A stretch of 64,000 bases of DNA from Dehalococcoidia bacterium (GTDB lineage Bacteria > Chloroflexota > Dehalococcoidia > Plut-88900). This document shows, piece after piece, positions 30,256-39,847 of the stretch (position 1 is the first letter of the stretch; each line of letters opens with the position of its first letter). Both the position numbers and the translations under genes were made by a program. The stretch is from the NCBI GenBank assembly GCA_965249275.1, contig CBDFLQ010000006.1:1-64000 (forward strand). Direction: 5' to 3'. Below the pieces are notes generated by a model. It made no database searches, was not told the DNA's origin, and saw only the letters and a list, made by a program, of their open reading frames with translations.

Positions 30256-31593
30256 CTACCGGCTCCCCCCCACCCGACTCGGCGGCCTCTCCAAAAACTC
30301 AGCCGCCAACCTGAGCCCCGTCTCCCTCACTAACTCCCTTTCCTCCTCCTCTGACCCCGCAGGTGCAACCCGCAAAATCGTGTCGCTTCCATATGTCGAG
30401 ACCTGGCCCTCGCCTTTGGTATTCAGCCCCTTCGGGTCCTCCCCCCGGGCCACCGCCCGGATCCCTTCCCGCATCATCCTTCGCATCTGTATTACACCGC
30501 GGTCCGTAGTCACCAGGTGTTCCAAAGCGTGTCGGGCTATCAACCTCTGCCCGACCTGCGCATCATAGTCCGCAGGATACCGCTGTCGGTCTTCATATGA
30601 CCGAGCCCGTCCAGCTAGTTGGGCCGCAACCGCAAACCCCGGATTCTTCGTGTATTTATCTTCCTCACCCTCCGGCACCCGAACAAACGTGAACTCCAGG
30701 GTTTCAGTGTCGTTCTTGGGCACCCGCCAACGGAAGATGCGGGGCAGTGCGCAGAGCATCTCCTGGCCGTTCGCGTATTCGGGAGGCAAAGCCCGTGGAT
30801 CGGGAATTTGAGCTATGTTTGGAATTACCCACTCGATGGTCCGCGACCAGATGTCCCCTCCGACACGGCGCGTCTGGAAGCAGTTCAGGCCCGCGGGCGT
30901 CTCCATTACGTCGAATGCACCAACGTCCTTCAGCCCTTCCATGGGCCGGCCCTCGACGTCCGTGAACTGCACGTTGCTCACCCGGGCATGGAGAAAGCTC
31001 TCGTGCACCGGGTCAACTACGTTGTCCATGATCTGCAGCCAGTTGCAGTGCTTTACGTTCTTGGTCCCGACCTCCAGCCGGAACCCCGGTCTATCGAATA
31101 CGTCGTAGACGGGAAACGGGGGTCGTCTATCGGGCGGGCCCATGTAAGCGAATACCAGTCCTCGGTACTCGTGCACGGGGTATGAGCCCTGTCGCAGCCT
31201 GTCCTTGAGCGTCGAGTCCGCAGGTTCTCCCGGCGTTTCCAGGATCGTCCCGTCCACGTCGAACTGCCAGCCGTGATAGCAGCACCGGATTCCCTTGTCC
31301 TCGACCACCCCGAACTCCAGCGAAGTGCCACGATGCGGACAATGCAATTCCAGCAGCCCGACCTTCCCGCCCTTGTCCATGAACGCGACCAGGTCCTCGC
31401 CCATTATCTGAATCCGCAACGGCAAGTCTCGTAGCTCATCCGAATGAGCCACCGGCTGCCAGAATCTGCGCAGGTACTCGCCACACGGAGTCCCGGGGCC
31501 CGTGTGTGTAAGCTCCGCGTCCTCCTCCGGCACCTCACTATGGTAGTAGGCGCCATAGGGCTCGGTCAGGAACGCCGGTCTCGTCGTGGTCAT
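30256..31593 (-). CDS. Rieske oxygenase alpha subunit (phthalate/vanillate-type)
   Basis: GPGTPCGEYLRRFWQP, CPHRG..CCYHGW, NVVDPVHESFLH. Confidence 0.92.
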   Translation of the reverse strand: MTTTRPAFLTEPYGAYYHSEVPEEDAELTHTGPGTPCGEYLRRFWQPVAHSDELRDLPLRIQIMGEDLVAFMDKGGKVGLLELHCPHRGTSLEFGVVEDKGIRCCYHGWQFDVDGTILETPGEPADSTLKDRLRQGSYPVHEYRGLVFAYMGPPDRRPPFPVYDVFDRPGFRLEVGTKNVKHCNWLQIMDNVVDPVHESFLHARVSNVQFTDVEGRPMEGLKDVGAFDVMETPAGLNCFQTRRVGGDIWSRTIEWVIPNIAQIPDPRALPPEYANGQEMLCALPRIFRWRVPKNDTETLEFTFVRVPEGEEDKYTKNPGFAVAAQLAGRARSYEDRQRYPADYDAQVGQRLIARHALEHLVTTDRGVIQMRRMMREGIRAVARGEDPKGLNTKGEGQVSTYGSDTILRVAPAGSEEEERELVRETGLRLAAEFLERPPSRVGGSR

Positions 31594-31601
31594 GCTGGCC
31601 T

Positions 31602-32657
31602 CTACCGGAACTGGGGCATGATGCTGTTGGAAATCTCCCGCATGTTGCTCTTCTGGTCGATGATCGCGTACTGGACGCACGATACCCCGTTCAGGCCCAG
31701 TTCTTGAAGGTCGTATATCTTCTCGTCAATGTCCTCGACGGGCCCCGACAGATTGATGGTGTCAATTACCCTCTGCGATGCCAGGAGCTTGTGCTTGGCG
31801 TGCAGAGACTCGTGCTCGTAGGGGTTGAAGTTTTCGTGTATGTTCTGGAATTCGGCCACCAGGCCCGGACTCTTCTTCTCCAGCCGCCGGTACAGTTCCT
31901 GGGCCTCGGGTGTGTTGCGTTTGAAAATCGAGCGATAGAGTCCATTCGCACAGGACGACGCATAGGAGGCAACCTCATGTTTCGCCTCCTCCTTGGAACC
32001 GGTGATGTACACCTCTGTCCGAGCCCAGGTCTTGATCTTGGAAGGGTCACGACCCGCCCGATTGGCCCCTGTCTCAATCTGCTCCAGGTTCCACTTGATG
32101 ATCTCCGGCTCACCAGCCCCGAACATGAGAATCTCGTCCGCGACCTCGCCGGCAAGCTGCATTGCCCTCGGCCCGAGGGGCCCCATGATCACGGGTATCG
32201 ACTGGCCGTTGAACGGCGTGTTCCTGATCCACTCCGAGTGCCACGTCTGGCCCCACAGCTCCGCATCCCCTCCTGAGGTGTATGACTTCAGAAAGTTTAC
32301 TGTCTCTCTTTGCATCTTCAGGCTAACCGGCCCCCGGGTCGCCTTCCCCGCCTCCCTCGCCCCCGCCCCGAGGCCGATGAACGCCCTGCCCCCCGTGAGT
32401 TCCCGCAGGCTCGCAGTGAAGTTGGCGATGACCGCCGGGTGGTACATGAACGGGTCGCACACACCCTGGCCGATATGGATCCGCCGCGTGTTCATCGCCG
32501 CGATGGTCATCATGCCGAAGCATTCCCTCGACACGTTGCTCTGATCGACGAATGTTAAGTGGGTGTATCCCCCCTCATCGGCAACCTTCGCATGTTCAGC
32601 GATCTCATCGAACCGCAGCTCCGCCCCCAGCCCGATCCCGAAGTCCATTCTCGCCAT
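31602..32657 (-). CDS. LLM-class flavin/F420-dependent oxidoreductase, tandem copy A
   Basis: TRRIHIGQGV, TGGRAFIGLGAG, GPRAMQLAGEVAD. Confidence 0.9.
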   Translation of the reverse strand: MARMDFGIGLGAELRFDEIAEHAKVADEGGYTHLTFVDQSNVSRECFGMMTIAAMNTRRIHIGQGVCDPFMYHPAVIANFTASLRELTGGRAFIGLGAGAREAGKATRGPVSLKMQRETVNFLKSYTSGGDAELWGQTWHSEWIRNTPFNGQSIPVIMGPLGPRAMQLAGEVADEILMFGAGEPEIIKWNLEQIETGANRAGRDPSKIKTWARTEVYITGSKEEAKHEVASYASSCANGLYRSIFKRNTPEAQELYRRLEKKSPGLVAEFQNIHENFNPYEHESLHAKHKLLASQRVIDTINLSGPVEDIDEKIYDLQELGLNGVSCVQYAIIDQKSNMREISNSIMPQFR

Positions 32658-32792
32658 TGCATTTCTCCTATTTCGTCCTGTTGGTAGGCCCCGCGTGGGT
32701 GGGATCTGCGTCCGCTCCCGGCTTCTCCCATTATTGCTTGGCGCCGAAGCGGAGCGTTAGTAGGCCAACCCTGGTTGTAGTCATGCCCGCGT

Positions 32793-33848
32793 CTATCGGA
32801 ACTGAGGCATGATGCTGTTGGAAATCTCCCGCATATTGCTCTTCTGGTCGATGATTGCATATTGGACGCATGAGACTCCGCTGATCCCTAGCTCGTGCAG
32901 GTCGTAAACTCTTTCGTCTATGTCCTCCAAGCGTCCCGTCAGGTTGATGGAGTCGATCACCCTCTGCGTCGCCAGGTATTTGTGTTCGGCATGCAAAGAC
33001 TCGTGCTCGTAGGGGTTGAAACCCTCGTGGATTTTCTTGTACTCATCCACCAGGCCGGGGCTCTTCCTTTCGAGCCTCTGGTACAGGTCCTGGGCCTCAG
33101 GTGTGTTGCGTTTGAAGATCACTTTGTACAGCTCGCTTGCACAAGACGCCGCATAAGAAGCTACCTCGTGTCTCGCCTCCTCCTTGGACCCTGTAACGTA
33201 AACCTCTGTACGAGCCCATGTCTTGATCTTGGAGAAGTCCCGGCCCGCCCGGTTGGCCCCCGTCTCGATCTGCTCCAGGTTCCACTTGATTAACTCCGGC
33301 TCCCCTGCTCCAAACATCATGATTTCATCGGCAACTTCGCCGGCAAGCTGCAAAGCTCGTGGCCCGAGGGGGCCCATGATCACGGGTATCGATTGTCCGT
33401 TGAACGGCGTGTTCCTGATCCATTCGGAGTGCCACGTCTGGCCCCACAGCTCCGCATCTCCTCCTGAGGTGTAGGACTTCAGAAAGTTTACCGTCTCTCG
33501 TTGCATCTTCAGGCTAACCGGCCCCCGAGTCGCCTTGCCGGCCTGCCTCGTCCCCGCCCCAAGACCAATGAACGCCCTTCCCCCGGTAAGCTCCCGCACA
33601 CTGGCCGTAAAGTTGGCAATGACTGCCGGGTGGTACATAAACGGGTCGCACACACCCTGCCCTATATGGATCCGGCGCGTGTTCATCGCCGCGATGGTCA
33701 TCATGCCGAAGCATTCTCTCGACACGTTGCTCTGATCGACGAATGTCAGGTGGCTGTATCCCGCCTCGTCGGCTACCCTTGAATGCTCCGCAATTTCATC
33801 GAATCGCAGCTCCGCCCCTAGCCCGATCCCAAAGTCCATCCTCGCCAT
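32793..33848 (-). CDS. LLM-class flavin/F420-dependent oxidoreductase, tandem copy B
   Basis: Same length (351 aa) and nearly the same sequence as copy A. Confidence 0.9.
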   Translation of the reverse strand: MARMDFGIGLGAELRFDEIAEHSRVADEAGYSHLTFVDQSNVSRECFGMMTIAAMNTRRIHIGQGVCDPFMYHPAVIANFTASVRELTGGRAFIGLGAGTRQAGKATRGPVSLKMQRETVNFLKSYTSGGDAELWGQTWHSEWIRNTPFNGQSIPVIMGPLGPRALQLAGEVADEIMMFGAGEPELIKWNLEQIETGANRAGRDFSKIKTWARTEVYVTGSKEEARHEVASYAASCASELYKVIFKRNTPEAQDLYQRLERKSPGLVDEYKKIHEGFNPYEHESLHAEHKYLATQRVIDSINLTGRLEDIDERVYDLHELGISGVSCVQYAIIDQKSNMREISNSIMPQFR

Positions 33849-33919
33849 TGCATCCCTCCTGGCTCATCCTGCTTACGGGCTCCTCGCTCCCCGAAAAATA
33901 TCCTTATGCCGCCGACCTG

Positions 33920-34306
33920 TCAAACTTCAGGATGTTCCCGCAAAGGCACGAATATCGAAATCCGGGCCTCGGGTCCCACCTCCCGCGTGTAGTGTCCCTC
34001 CCCTGCTACATCCTCGGCAATCAGAACGTCACCCGGGCCTATCACCCGCTTGTCCCCGTTCCCAACTTCTATCTCAACCGACCCGGTCAACGTGAAAACC
34101 GCAACCTGTCCCGGAGCGTGGTGCCACGGGTTGGACCGCTCCGGGTCGAACCGCTGCACTACTATCCCGCCATGTATGACCGCCCGGGCATCCTGCGGCC
34201 ATCCACTTTCCAATGCCTCAAGCTCCGGCTCGATATCCTCGAAGTGTGACCGGCCATCTTCCCCTTGGTACAATCGTACAATTGCCAAATTCTTCTCCTC
34301 ATTCAT
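33920..34306 (-). CDS. Cupin-like protein
   Basis: DGRSHFED, WHHAP, GPGDVLIAEDVAGEGH. Confidence 0.85.
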   Translation of the reverse strand: MNEEKNLAIVRLYQGEDGRSHFEDIEPELEALESGWPQDARAVIHGGIVVQRFDPERSNPWHHAPGQVAVFTLTGSVEIEVGNGDKRVIGPGDVLIAEDVAGEGHYTREVGPEARISIFVPLREHPEV

Positions 34307-34368
34307 ATTCGTGAAGCTGTCCTCTCTTACCCGTCATCCCCACCCCATCCGTAGTATCATACCCTCCC

Positions 34369-34716
34369 TTGAGATACCTAATCAGCTTCGACGTAGACGG
34401 CACATTGGAAGTCGGAGATCCGCCGGGACCCATCACCCTGGCCCTCGTAAAGCAGGCCAAGGCCCTTGGCCACGTCATCGGCAGTTGCTCCGACCGCACC
34501 CACTCAGACCAGGCCAACCTCTGGCGCACTCACGGCATCGAAGTCGAATTCACGTCCCTGAAGTACGAGCTTCCCGAGGTCCTCGCCCGCTTCCCCTCCG
34601 ACCGCGCAATCCATGTCGGAGATTCCCACGTGGACCGCATGTACGCAGAAAAAGCCGGTTTCACCTACCTCACCCCAGACCCCGACGCCGTCGCCGCACT
34701 CCTTACCCCGGAATAA
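34369..34716 (+). CDS. Small HAD-family hydrolase
   Basis: FDVDGTL motif I, HVGDS motif; TTG start. Confidence 0.82.
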   Translation: MRYLISFDVDGTLEVGDPPGPITLALVKQAKALGHVIGSCSDRTHSDQANLWRTHGIEVEFTSLKYELPEVLARFPSDRAIHVGDSHVDRMYAEKAGFTYLTPDPDAVAALLTPE

Positions 34717-34753
34717 CCACTCCCCACCAAATCCTTCCCCATCACCTCTCGTC

Positions 34754-34792
34754 TGTCATTCCGAGGCTCCGCGAGGAATCTAGGACTTGCCC
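34754..34792 (+). repeat. Family 1 palindromic repeat (consensus-like copy)
   Basis: TGTCATTCCGAGGCTCCGCGAGGAATCTAGGACTTGCCC. Confidence 0.85.
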
Positions 34793-34853
34793 ACGCTCAC
34801 TACTTTCTAGGTCCTACTCCCCCCGCTCGTTTCGCGCGGCGTAGGCCTGGGTG

Positions 34854-35858
34854 CTACCACGCAAACGCCCTTTTCGGATTCTCGACAGTGACTTGCCGTA
34901 TCACCTCTTCCGACACCCCCGCCTCCCGCAGCCACGGCAAGAACGTGCGCTGTATGTGCCCATAGTCCGGCGCATGGTCTTTTTCTGCCGTCGGCCCCGA
35001 CTCCGGCGCCCTGCCGACCTCTTTCACGAACAAGTCATGGGATAACATGATCTGGTCCTGATACCCCAACCCAAGCAACCCCGACACCATCGCAGAATTA
35101 GTCCTGTCCGACACCACGGTCTGGATACCGATTGTGTCGAACGCTACGAAGCAGCCACGCTCCAATATCTCAACGATTTGACCCACGTTCGTAGTCTGCG
35201 AAACATGCCCGATTATGCACCGTTTAGGGTCGGCCCCAGCAGCGACCAGCGTCTCAATGTGCGCTAACCCCACATTTCCCGAGGGCCAGTCTGCCGAGTC
35301 TGTATGCGTGCCGATCGGTGTGCCCAACTTTGCCTGCACGCGCGCCGCCGACTCCAGGACCCGACGATCGCGTTCGGAAAGGAGCTGGTCCAGAGGCGCA
35401 CTGGGTCCAATGGGCCGCTCATGAGGCTGCAGCCGCGTCCCGACCTTTATTATCCCGCACCTGACGCCCTCATCCACTGCTCCTTCCTCAATTTCCCGCA
35501 TGAAGAAATCTTCTATCGCCTCTGTGCTCTGCGCCTCCCAGTAGGCAGGATACCCCCACGCTCCGAATATGCCTGTGCATGCCACTATGTCCCACCCCGA
35601 GGCCCGGGACAGTTCCACCATCAGCCCCATGTCTCGGCCCAGATCGGCGGGCGCCCAGTCTACAAGACCCGATATCCCAAACTCCTCTCCAGCTGCCTTC
35701 AGTTGCGCCGCCCCTTCCTCGACGGCCTTCCCTCGGTCGAAGACCGACGCGGGGTCGGACGGAGCCCCGAGCAGATGAAAAAAAGTGTGCTCGTGGGGAA
35801 GAATGTGCCCCATATCCGCCGGGTCTTTGTCGCCTAGAACGGTCCTGATTTTGGGCAT
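34854..35858 (-). CDS. Phosphotriesterase-related protein, tandem copy A
   Basis: IRTVLG, PHEH, IIKVG, THTD, IGH, LSHD, VENPKR. Confidence 0.9.
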   Translation of the reverse strand: MPKIRTVLGDKDPADMGHILPHEHTFFHLLGAPSDPASVFDRGKAVEEGAAQLKAAGEEFGISGLVDWAPADLGRDMGLMVELSRASGWDIVACTGIFGAWGYPAYWEAQSTEAIEDFFMREIEEGAVDEGVRCGIIKVGTRLQPHERPIGPSAPLDQLLSERDRRVLESAARVQAKLGTPIGTHTDSADWPSGNVGLAHIETLVAAGADPKRCIIGHVSQTTNVGQIVEILERGCFVAFDTIGIQTVVSDRTNSAMVSGLLGLGYQDQIMLSHDLFVKEVGRAPESGPTAEKDHAPDYGHIQRTFLPWLREAGVSEEVIRQVTVENPKRAFAW

Positions 35859-35906
35859 CTCATCTCTCCATCAAACTGTTGGCTACTTACATGGGAATTC
35901 ACTGGG

Positions 35907-36911
35907 CTACCATGCAAGCGCCCTCTTAGGATTCTCGACGGTTACCTGCCGGATCGCTTCCTCCGACACCCTCGCGTCCCGCAGCCACGGCACGAACTCC
36001 CGTTGAATGTATCCGTAGTCCGGCGCGTACTTAAGACCGGCATTCGGCCCGCTCTCCGGCACCCTACCGACCTCTTGTACATGCAGATCATGGGACAGCA
36101 ATATCTGCTTTTCGTATCCCAGCCCGATCAACCCGATCACCATCGCCGCCTTGGTACGGTCCGTCACCACGATCTCGATTCCTATGGTGTCGAACGCCAC
36201 GTAACATCCCTTCTCCAACACTTCGATAACGTAGCCCAGATTAGAGGTGTGGGAAGCGTGGCCTATGATGCATTTCTCGGGGTTCGCCCCGGCGCCCGTC
36301 AGCGTTTCAATCTGCTCCAGACCTACGTTCCCCAGACGCCAATCTCTTCTGTCGGTGTGCGTCGTGATCGGGACACCGAGTTTGCCCTGCACCCGAGCCG
36401 CTGCTTTCAATACCCTTCTGTCTTGATCAGAAAGAAGCCGTTCCCCACTAGACACGGGAGCCGTCGGTCTTTCGTGGGGCCGAAGCCGGGTCCCGATTTT
36501 TATAACTCCACACCTCACTCCCTCGTCAATTGCTCCATCCTCGATTTCTCGGGTAAAGAACTCCTCAATCGCTGCATCGCCCTGTCCTTCCCAGTAGGCC
36601 GGATAACCCCAAACACCAAATATCCCTGTCGCCGCGACAATGTCCCACCCAGAGGCCCGGGACAGTCCCATCAGCAAGCCCATGTCCCGGCCAAGATCAT
36701 ATGGCGCGCAGTCCACCAGCCCCGACACTCCCTGCACGGCGTTCACGGCCCTCAGCTTGGCCGCGCCTTCCTCCACAGCCTTCTCCCGATCAAATACCGA
36801 AGCGTGGTCGGACTTTGCCGCCAGGAGGTGGGGAAAGGTGTGCTCATGGGGAAGAATATGCCCCATCTTCGCAGAGTCTTTGTCACCTAGCACCGTTCTT
36901 ATCTTGGCCAT
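35907..36911 (-). CDS. Phosphotriesterase-related protein, tandem copy B
   Basis: Same motifs and same 334-aa length as copy A. Confidence 0.9.
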   Translation of the reverse strand: MAKIRTVLGDKDSAKMGHILPHEHTFPHLLAAKSDHASVFDREKAVEEGAAKLRAVNAVQGVSGLVDCAPYDLGRDMGLLMGLSRASGWDIVAATGIFGVWGYPAYWEGQGDAAIEEFFTREIEDGAIDEGVRCGVIKIGTRLRPHERPTAPVSSGERLLSDQDRRVLKAAARVQGKLGVPITTHTDRRDWRLGNVGLEQIETLTGAGANPEKCIIGHASHTSNLGYVIEVLEKGCYVAFDTIGIEIVVTDRTKAAMVIGLIGLGYEKQILLSHDLHVQEVGRVPESGPNAGLKYAPDYGYIQREFVPWLRDARVSEEAIRQVTVENPKRALAW

Positions 36912-37036
36912 GTCAATTCTCCAGTTTCTCGCGTTTGTCGACTCCCTGCCCGATTATATCCCACACCCCACCCCACCTTTCCCCGATTGACCAATCCCAT
37001 TACACTACCTTCAATCCAAGACCGCGGGAGATTGCC

Positions 37037-38044
37037 ATGCCAGACACAGGAATCGTCGAAAGGCTAAGCACAGGCGAGCCCATGCTCATGGACGGAGGCA
37101 CGGGCTCCGAGATTCAGCGTAGAGGCGCCAACGTCCTCATCGACGCCAGTGCCGATTCCGAGATCCTCGCCTGGTCCGCCACCGCCAACGTTGACTATGC
37201 CGACGTCGTCCAGCAGGTGCACCAAGACTACTTGCGCGTCGGCGCCGAGATAATTATCAGCAACAATTTCTGGGCCACCCGCAGCCGACTCGGCCTCATT
37301 GGTCTCAGCGAGCAGTGGGAGAAGTACGCCTATGCCGCCGGCGAAAATGCCATCCGCGCCCGAGACGCCGTCAACCCCAACGCCTACGTCTTAGGCGGCA
37401 TCGCCGCTCCCTACACCCAGGACTACCGCAAACCCTATACCCAGTCCGACGTCAAGACCCTAGGCTCCGAGCGCTACGCCGAGGAGTTCACCGGCCCCGG
37501 CAAAGTCCTCGCCGACCTGGGAGTCGACGCCCTTCTCGCCGAGTATGTCGGCTACATCGAGGACTGCGTCGCCGCCGTAGATGCCCTGGCAACCATCGGC
37601 CTACCCGTATTCCTGGGAGTCCGGCACATTACCGAATACGGCTGGATGCAATATGGCGAGACCCTGACCGATCTCGCAAAGGCCCTGGAAGGTCACCCTG
37701 TAGAAGGCGTCCTCCTGATGTGCTCTCGCCCCGAGTGCGTTTCCGTGGGCCTGATCGGCCTAAATAAAGCTTTTGATGGGGTGGTCGGGGCATATGCCAA
37801 TGTCGGATATAACCCCATGGCCCCCGTCAGCGGCCGCGTCCACAAGGGAGGCGACCTCCTTTCCGGCTACAGCCCCCTCCGCCTCGCCGACTTCGGGCAG
37901 GACTGGCTCGACATGGGCGCCAAGATAATCGGCGGCTGCTGTGCCACGGGCCCCGAGCACATCATTGCCCTCAACAACGTGATGCACCCTTCCCCGCCCC
38001 TTGTCGCCGACCACGCCGGTTATCACGTGCAGTCGTCCGTTTGA
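37037..38044 (+). CDS. Homocysteine S-methyltransferase family protein
   Basis: MDGGTGSEI, HQDYLRVGAEII, LLMCS, IIGGCCATGPEHI; GGAG RBS before ATG 37037. Confidence 0.9.
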   Translation: MPDTGIVERLSTGEPMLMDGGTGSEIQRRGANVLIDASADSEILAWSATANVDYADVVQQVHQDYLRVGAEIIISNNFWATRSRLGLIGLSEQWEKYAYAAGENAIRARDAVNPNAYVLGGIAAPYTQDYRKPYTQSDVKTLGSERYAEEFTGPGKVLADLGVDALLAEYVGYIEDCVAAVDALATIGLPVFLGVRHITEYGWMQYGETLTDLAKALEGHPVEGVLLMCSRPECVSVGLIGLNKAFDGVVGAYANVGYNPMAPVSGRVHKGGDLLSGYSPLRLADFGQDWLDMGAKIIGGCCATGPEHIIALNNVMHPSPPLVADHAGYHVQSSV

Positions 38045-38047
38045 CCC

Positions 38048-38428
38048 ATGCAGAGCGCTTCCCTCCCACCCGAGCCTCAGGCCACCGCCCCTGACGGCTC
38101 GGCTATCCGCTTCCTAATGAAAGGCAGCCGTGGAGAGCTCAACCACTTCACCCTGCCCCCTCACCAGACTTCGACCGCGGTCGTCCACCGCTCAATAGAG
38201 GAGATCTGGTACGTTCTTGAGGGCAAAGGCCAGGTGTGGCGTCAACAGGGTGATAATGAGGAGGTCCTGGACTTGCGTCCAGGCGTCAGCTTCGATATCC
38301 CCACCGGCGCCCGATTCCAGTTCCGCAACACCGGCCCCGAGCCCCTCTCCGTCCTCATAGCCACCATGCCCCCCTGGCCCGGAGAAACCGAAGCCACCCC
38401 CATCCCCGGCCCCTGGCCCCCTTCTTAA
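38048..38428 (+). CDS. Cupin domain protein (mannose-6-phosphate isomerase-like)
   Basis: APDGSAIR, HRSIEEIWYVLEG, FQFRNTG, TMPPWPG. Confidence 0.88.
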   Translation: MQSASLPPEPQATAPDGSAIRFLMKGSRGELNHFTLPPHQTSTAVVHRSIEEIWYVLEGKGQVWRQQGDNEEVLDLRPGVSFDIPTGARFQFRNTGPEPLSVLIATMPPWPGETEATPIPGPWPPS

Positions 38429-38474
38429 ATCCCCTCTCTCCTCTCCATTATCTCACCGACCACCCCCCTTGCTC

Positions 38475-38522
38475 TGTCATCCCGATTGTCGTGTCATCCC
38501 GAGGCCCCGCGAGGGATCTAAG
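38475..38522 (+). repeat. Family 1 repeat preceded by a partial copy
   Basis: TGTCATCCCGATTGTCG then TGTCATCCCGAGGCCCCGCGAGGGATCT. Confidence 0.75.
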
Positions 38523-38586
38523 GCGTCTGCCCACCACTCACCCTAACCGTACCCACTACTCATCCATTCAGGCGTGGGCCAAAACG

Positions 38587-39741
38587 TCACCCCACCGGCA
38601 CCCTCCACTTCTCAATCGTTTCCTCATTCAACTCTATCCCGAACCCAGACCCCTCCGGCACGAGCATGTAGCCGTCCCGAATCTCAGGCTGCTTCTCCGG
38701 CAGGTCGTACCACAAGGGGTCCCGGTCAGGGTCAGGAAAAATCTCAACCGCAATGCCGTGGGGCACCGACGCCAGAAGATGCAACGCTATTTGCGGCTCC
38801 TCGTGGTGCGCCATCCCGATACCAAAGGCCCGAGCCATCCCTGCGATTCTTCGCCACTCCGTCACACCCCCGGCTATCGTCACGTCCACGTTCAGGATGT
38901 CCACTGCGCCCCGAGCCACGAGGTCCCGGCACCCGTGCCTCGATATCTCACCCTGCCCCGCATTCACGGGTATTCCCTCCCACCGAACGCGGGCATTGCC
39001 TTCGATCTGGTCCTGCCACTGCACCGGCTCTTCCAGCCACGCCAGCCCGATATCCCTCGCTCCCCTCGCAAACCGCACCGCCTCATCGACAGTCCAAGCC
39101 TGGTTTGCGTCCACACTGAGCAGAAAATCTTCGCCTCCCACCCGACGACCCAGCCTCGTTCGCTCCAAGTCTTCCTCTATCGACAGCTTCCCCACCTTTA
39201 GCTTCAGCCCGAATACACCCATGCTTTTGTACGTCTCTATCTCCTCGACGAGACTCTGCATAGGGTCCCCGTCTCGGATGTATCCGCCGATAGCTATAAC
39301 TCTCACCCTGTCCCGAAACCCGCCCAGCAGCTTGTACACCGGCTGACCCAAGACCTTGCCCAGTGTGTCCCACAGCGCGTTGTCCACCGCTGCAATCGCC
39401 TGAGTCACGACCGCGTGCTTCCCCATGTTGATTACGTGCAGCCCCCTCCAGGCCAGGTCCACCGGCGCATCCCACATCCTCTCCCAGTGCCGCTCGACGT
39501 CCCTCACGTCCTCCCCGGCCAGCATCGGCGCAAAAACGTCGTTCACTATCTGACAAATCTTGACGTCGTTCTCATCCTCATCCCCGCCATATATCTGCCC
39601 GACAACCCCGCCCTCCAGCTCCACCCGCGTCACGATAGTATTCCTGCTCGAAATGTAATACGTTCCCCCATGAAACGGCTCCCTCAGCCGCCTCACCAGG
39701 GGTATCGCCTCAATGCGCTTGATCTTCATTGTCACCTTCAT
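38587..39741 (-). CDS. Mandelate racemase/muconate lactonizing enzyme (enolase superfamily)
   Basis: AVDNALWD, KLKVG, VDANQAW, WLEEP, GQGE, GGVTEW; start 39741 or 39729. Confidence 0.92.
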   Translation of the reverse strand: MKVTMKIKRIEAIPLVRRLREPFHGGTYYISSRNTIVTRVELEGGVVGQIYGGDEDENDVKICQIVNDVFAPMLAGEDVRDVERHWERMWDAPVDLAWRGLHVINMGKHAVVTQAIAAVDNALWDTLGKVLGQPVYKLLGGFRDRVRVIAIGGYIRDGDPMQSLVEEIETYKSMGVFGLKLKVGKLSIEEDLERTRLGRRVGGEDFLLSVDANQAWTVDEAVRFARGARDIGLAWLEEPVQWQDQIEGNARVRWEGIPVNAGQGEISRHGCRDLVARGAVDILNVDVTIAGGVTEWRRIAGMARAFGIGMAHHEEPQIALHLLASVPHGIAVEIFPDPDRDPLWYDLPEKQPEIRDGYMLVPEGSGFGIELNEETIEKWRVPVG

Positions 39742-39847
39742 ACTTGCCAGCCGGCCCAATTACGTGTCATCCGGAGACATCGAGAGAGAGCTAGGACTTG
39801 CGCAAATTTTCCGCAAGCCATCTATGCCATATTTGTGTATTCTTGAT

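Noticed and set aside
32660-32790. Structured RNA between the LLM paralogs
   Set aside because: Only short stems (CGCTCC/GGAGCG) and an imperfect 11-nt direct repeat; no recognisable family.
36701-37036. Upstream extensions in the ORF track (also 4150, 10329, 12782, 23441, 46725, 52935)
   Set aside because: They overlap neighbouring genes or repeats; family homology and RBS or -10 signals point to later starts.
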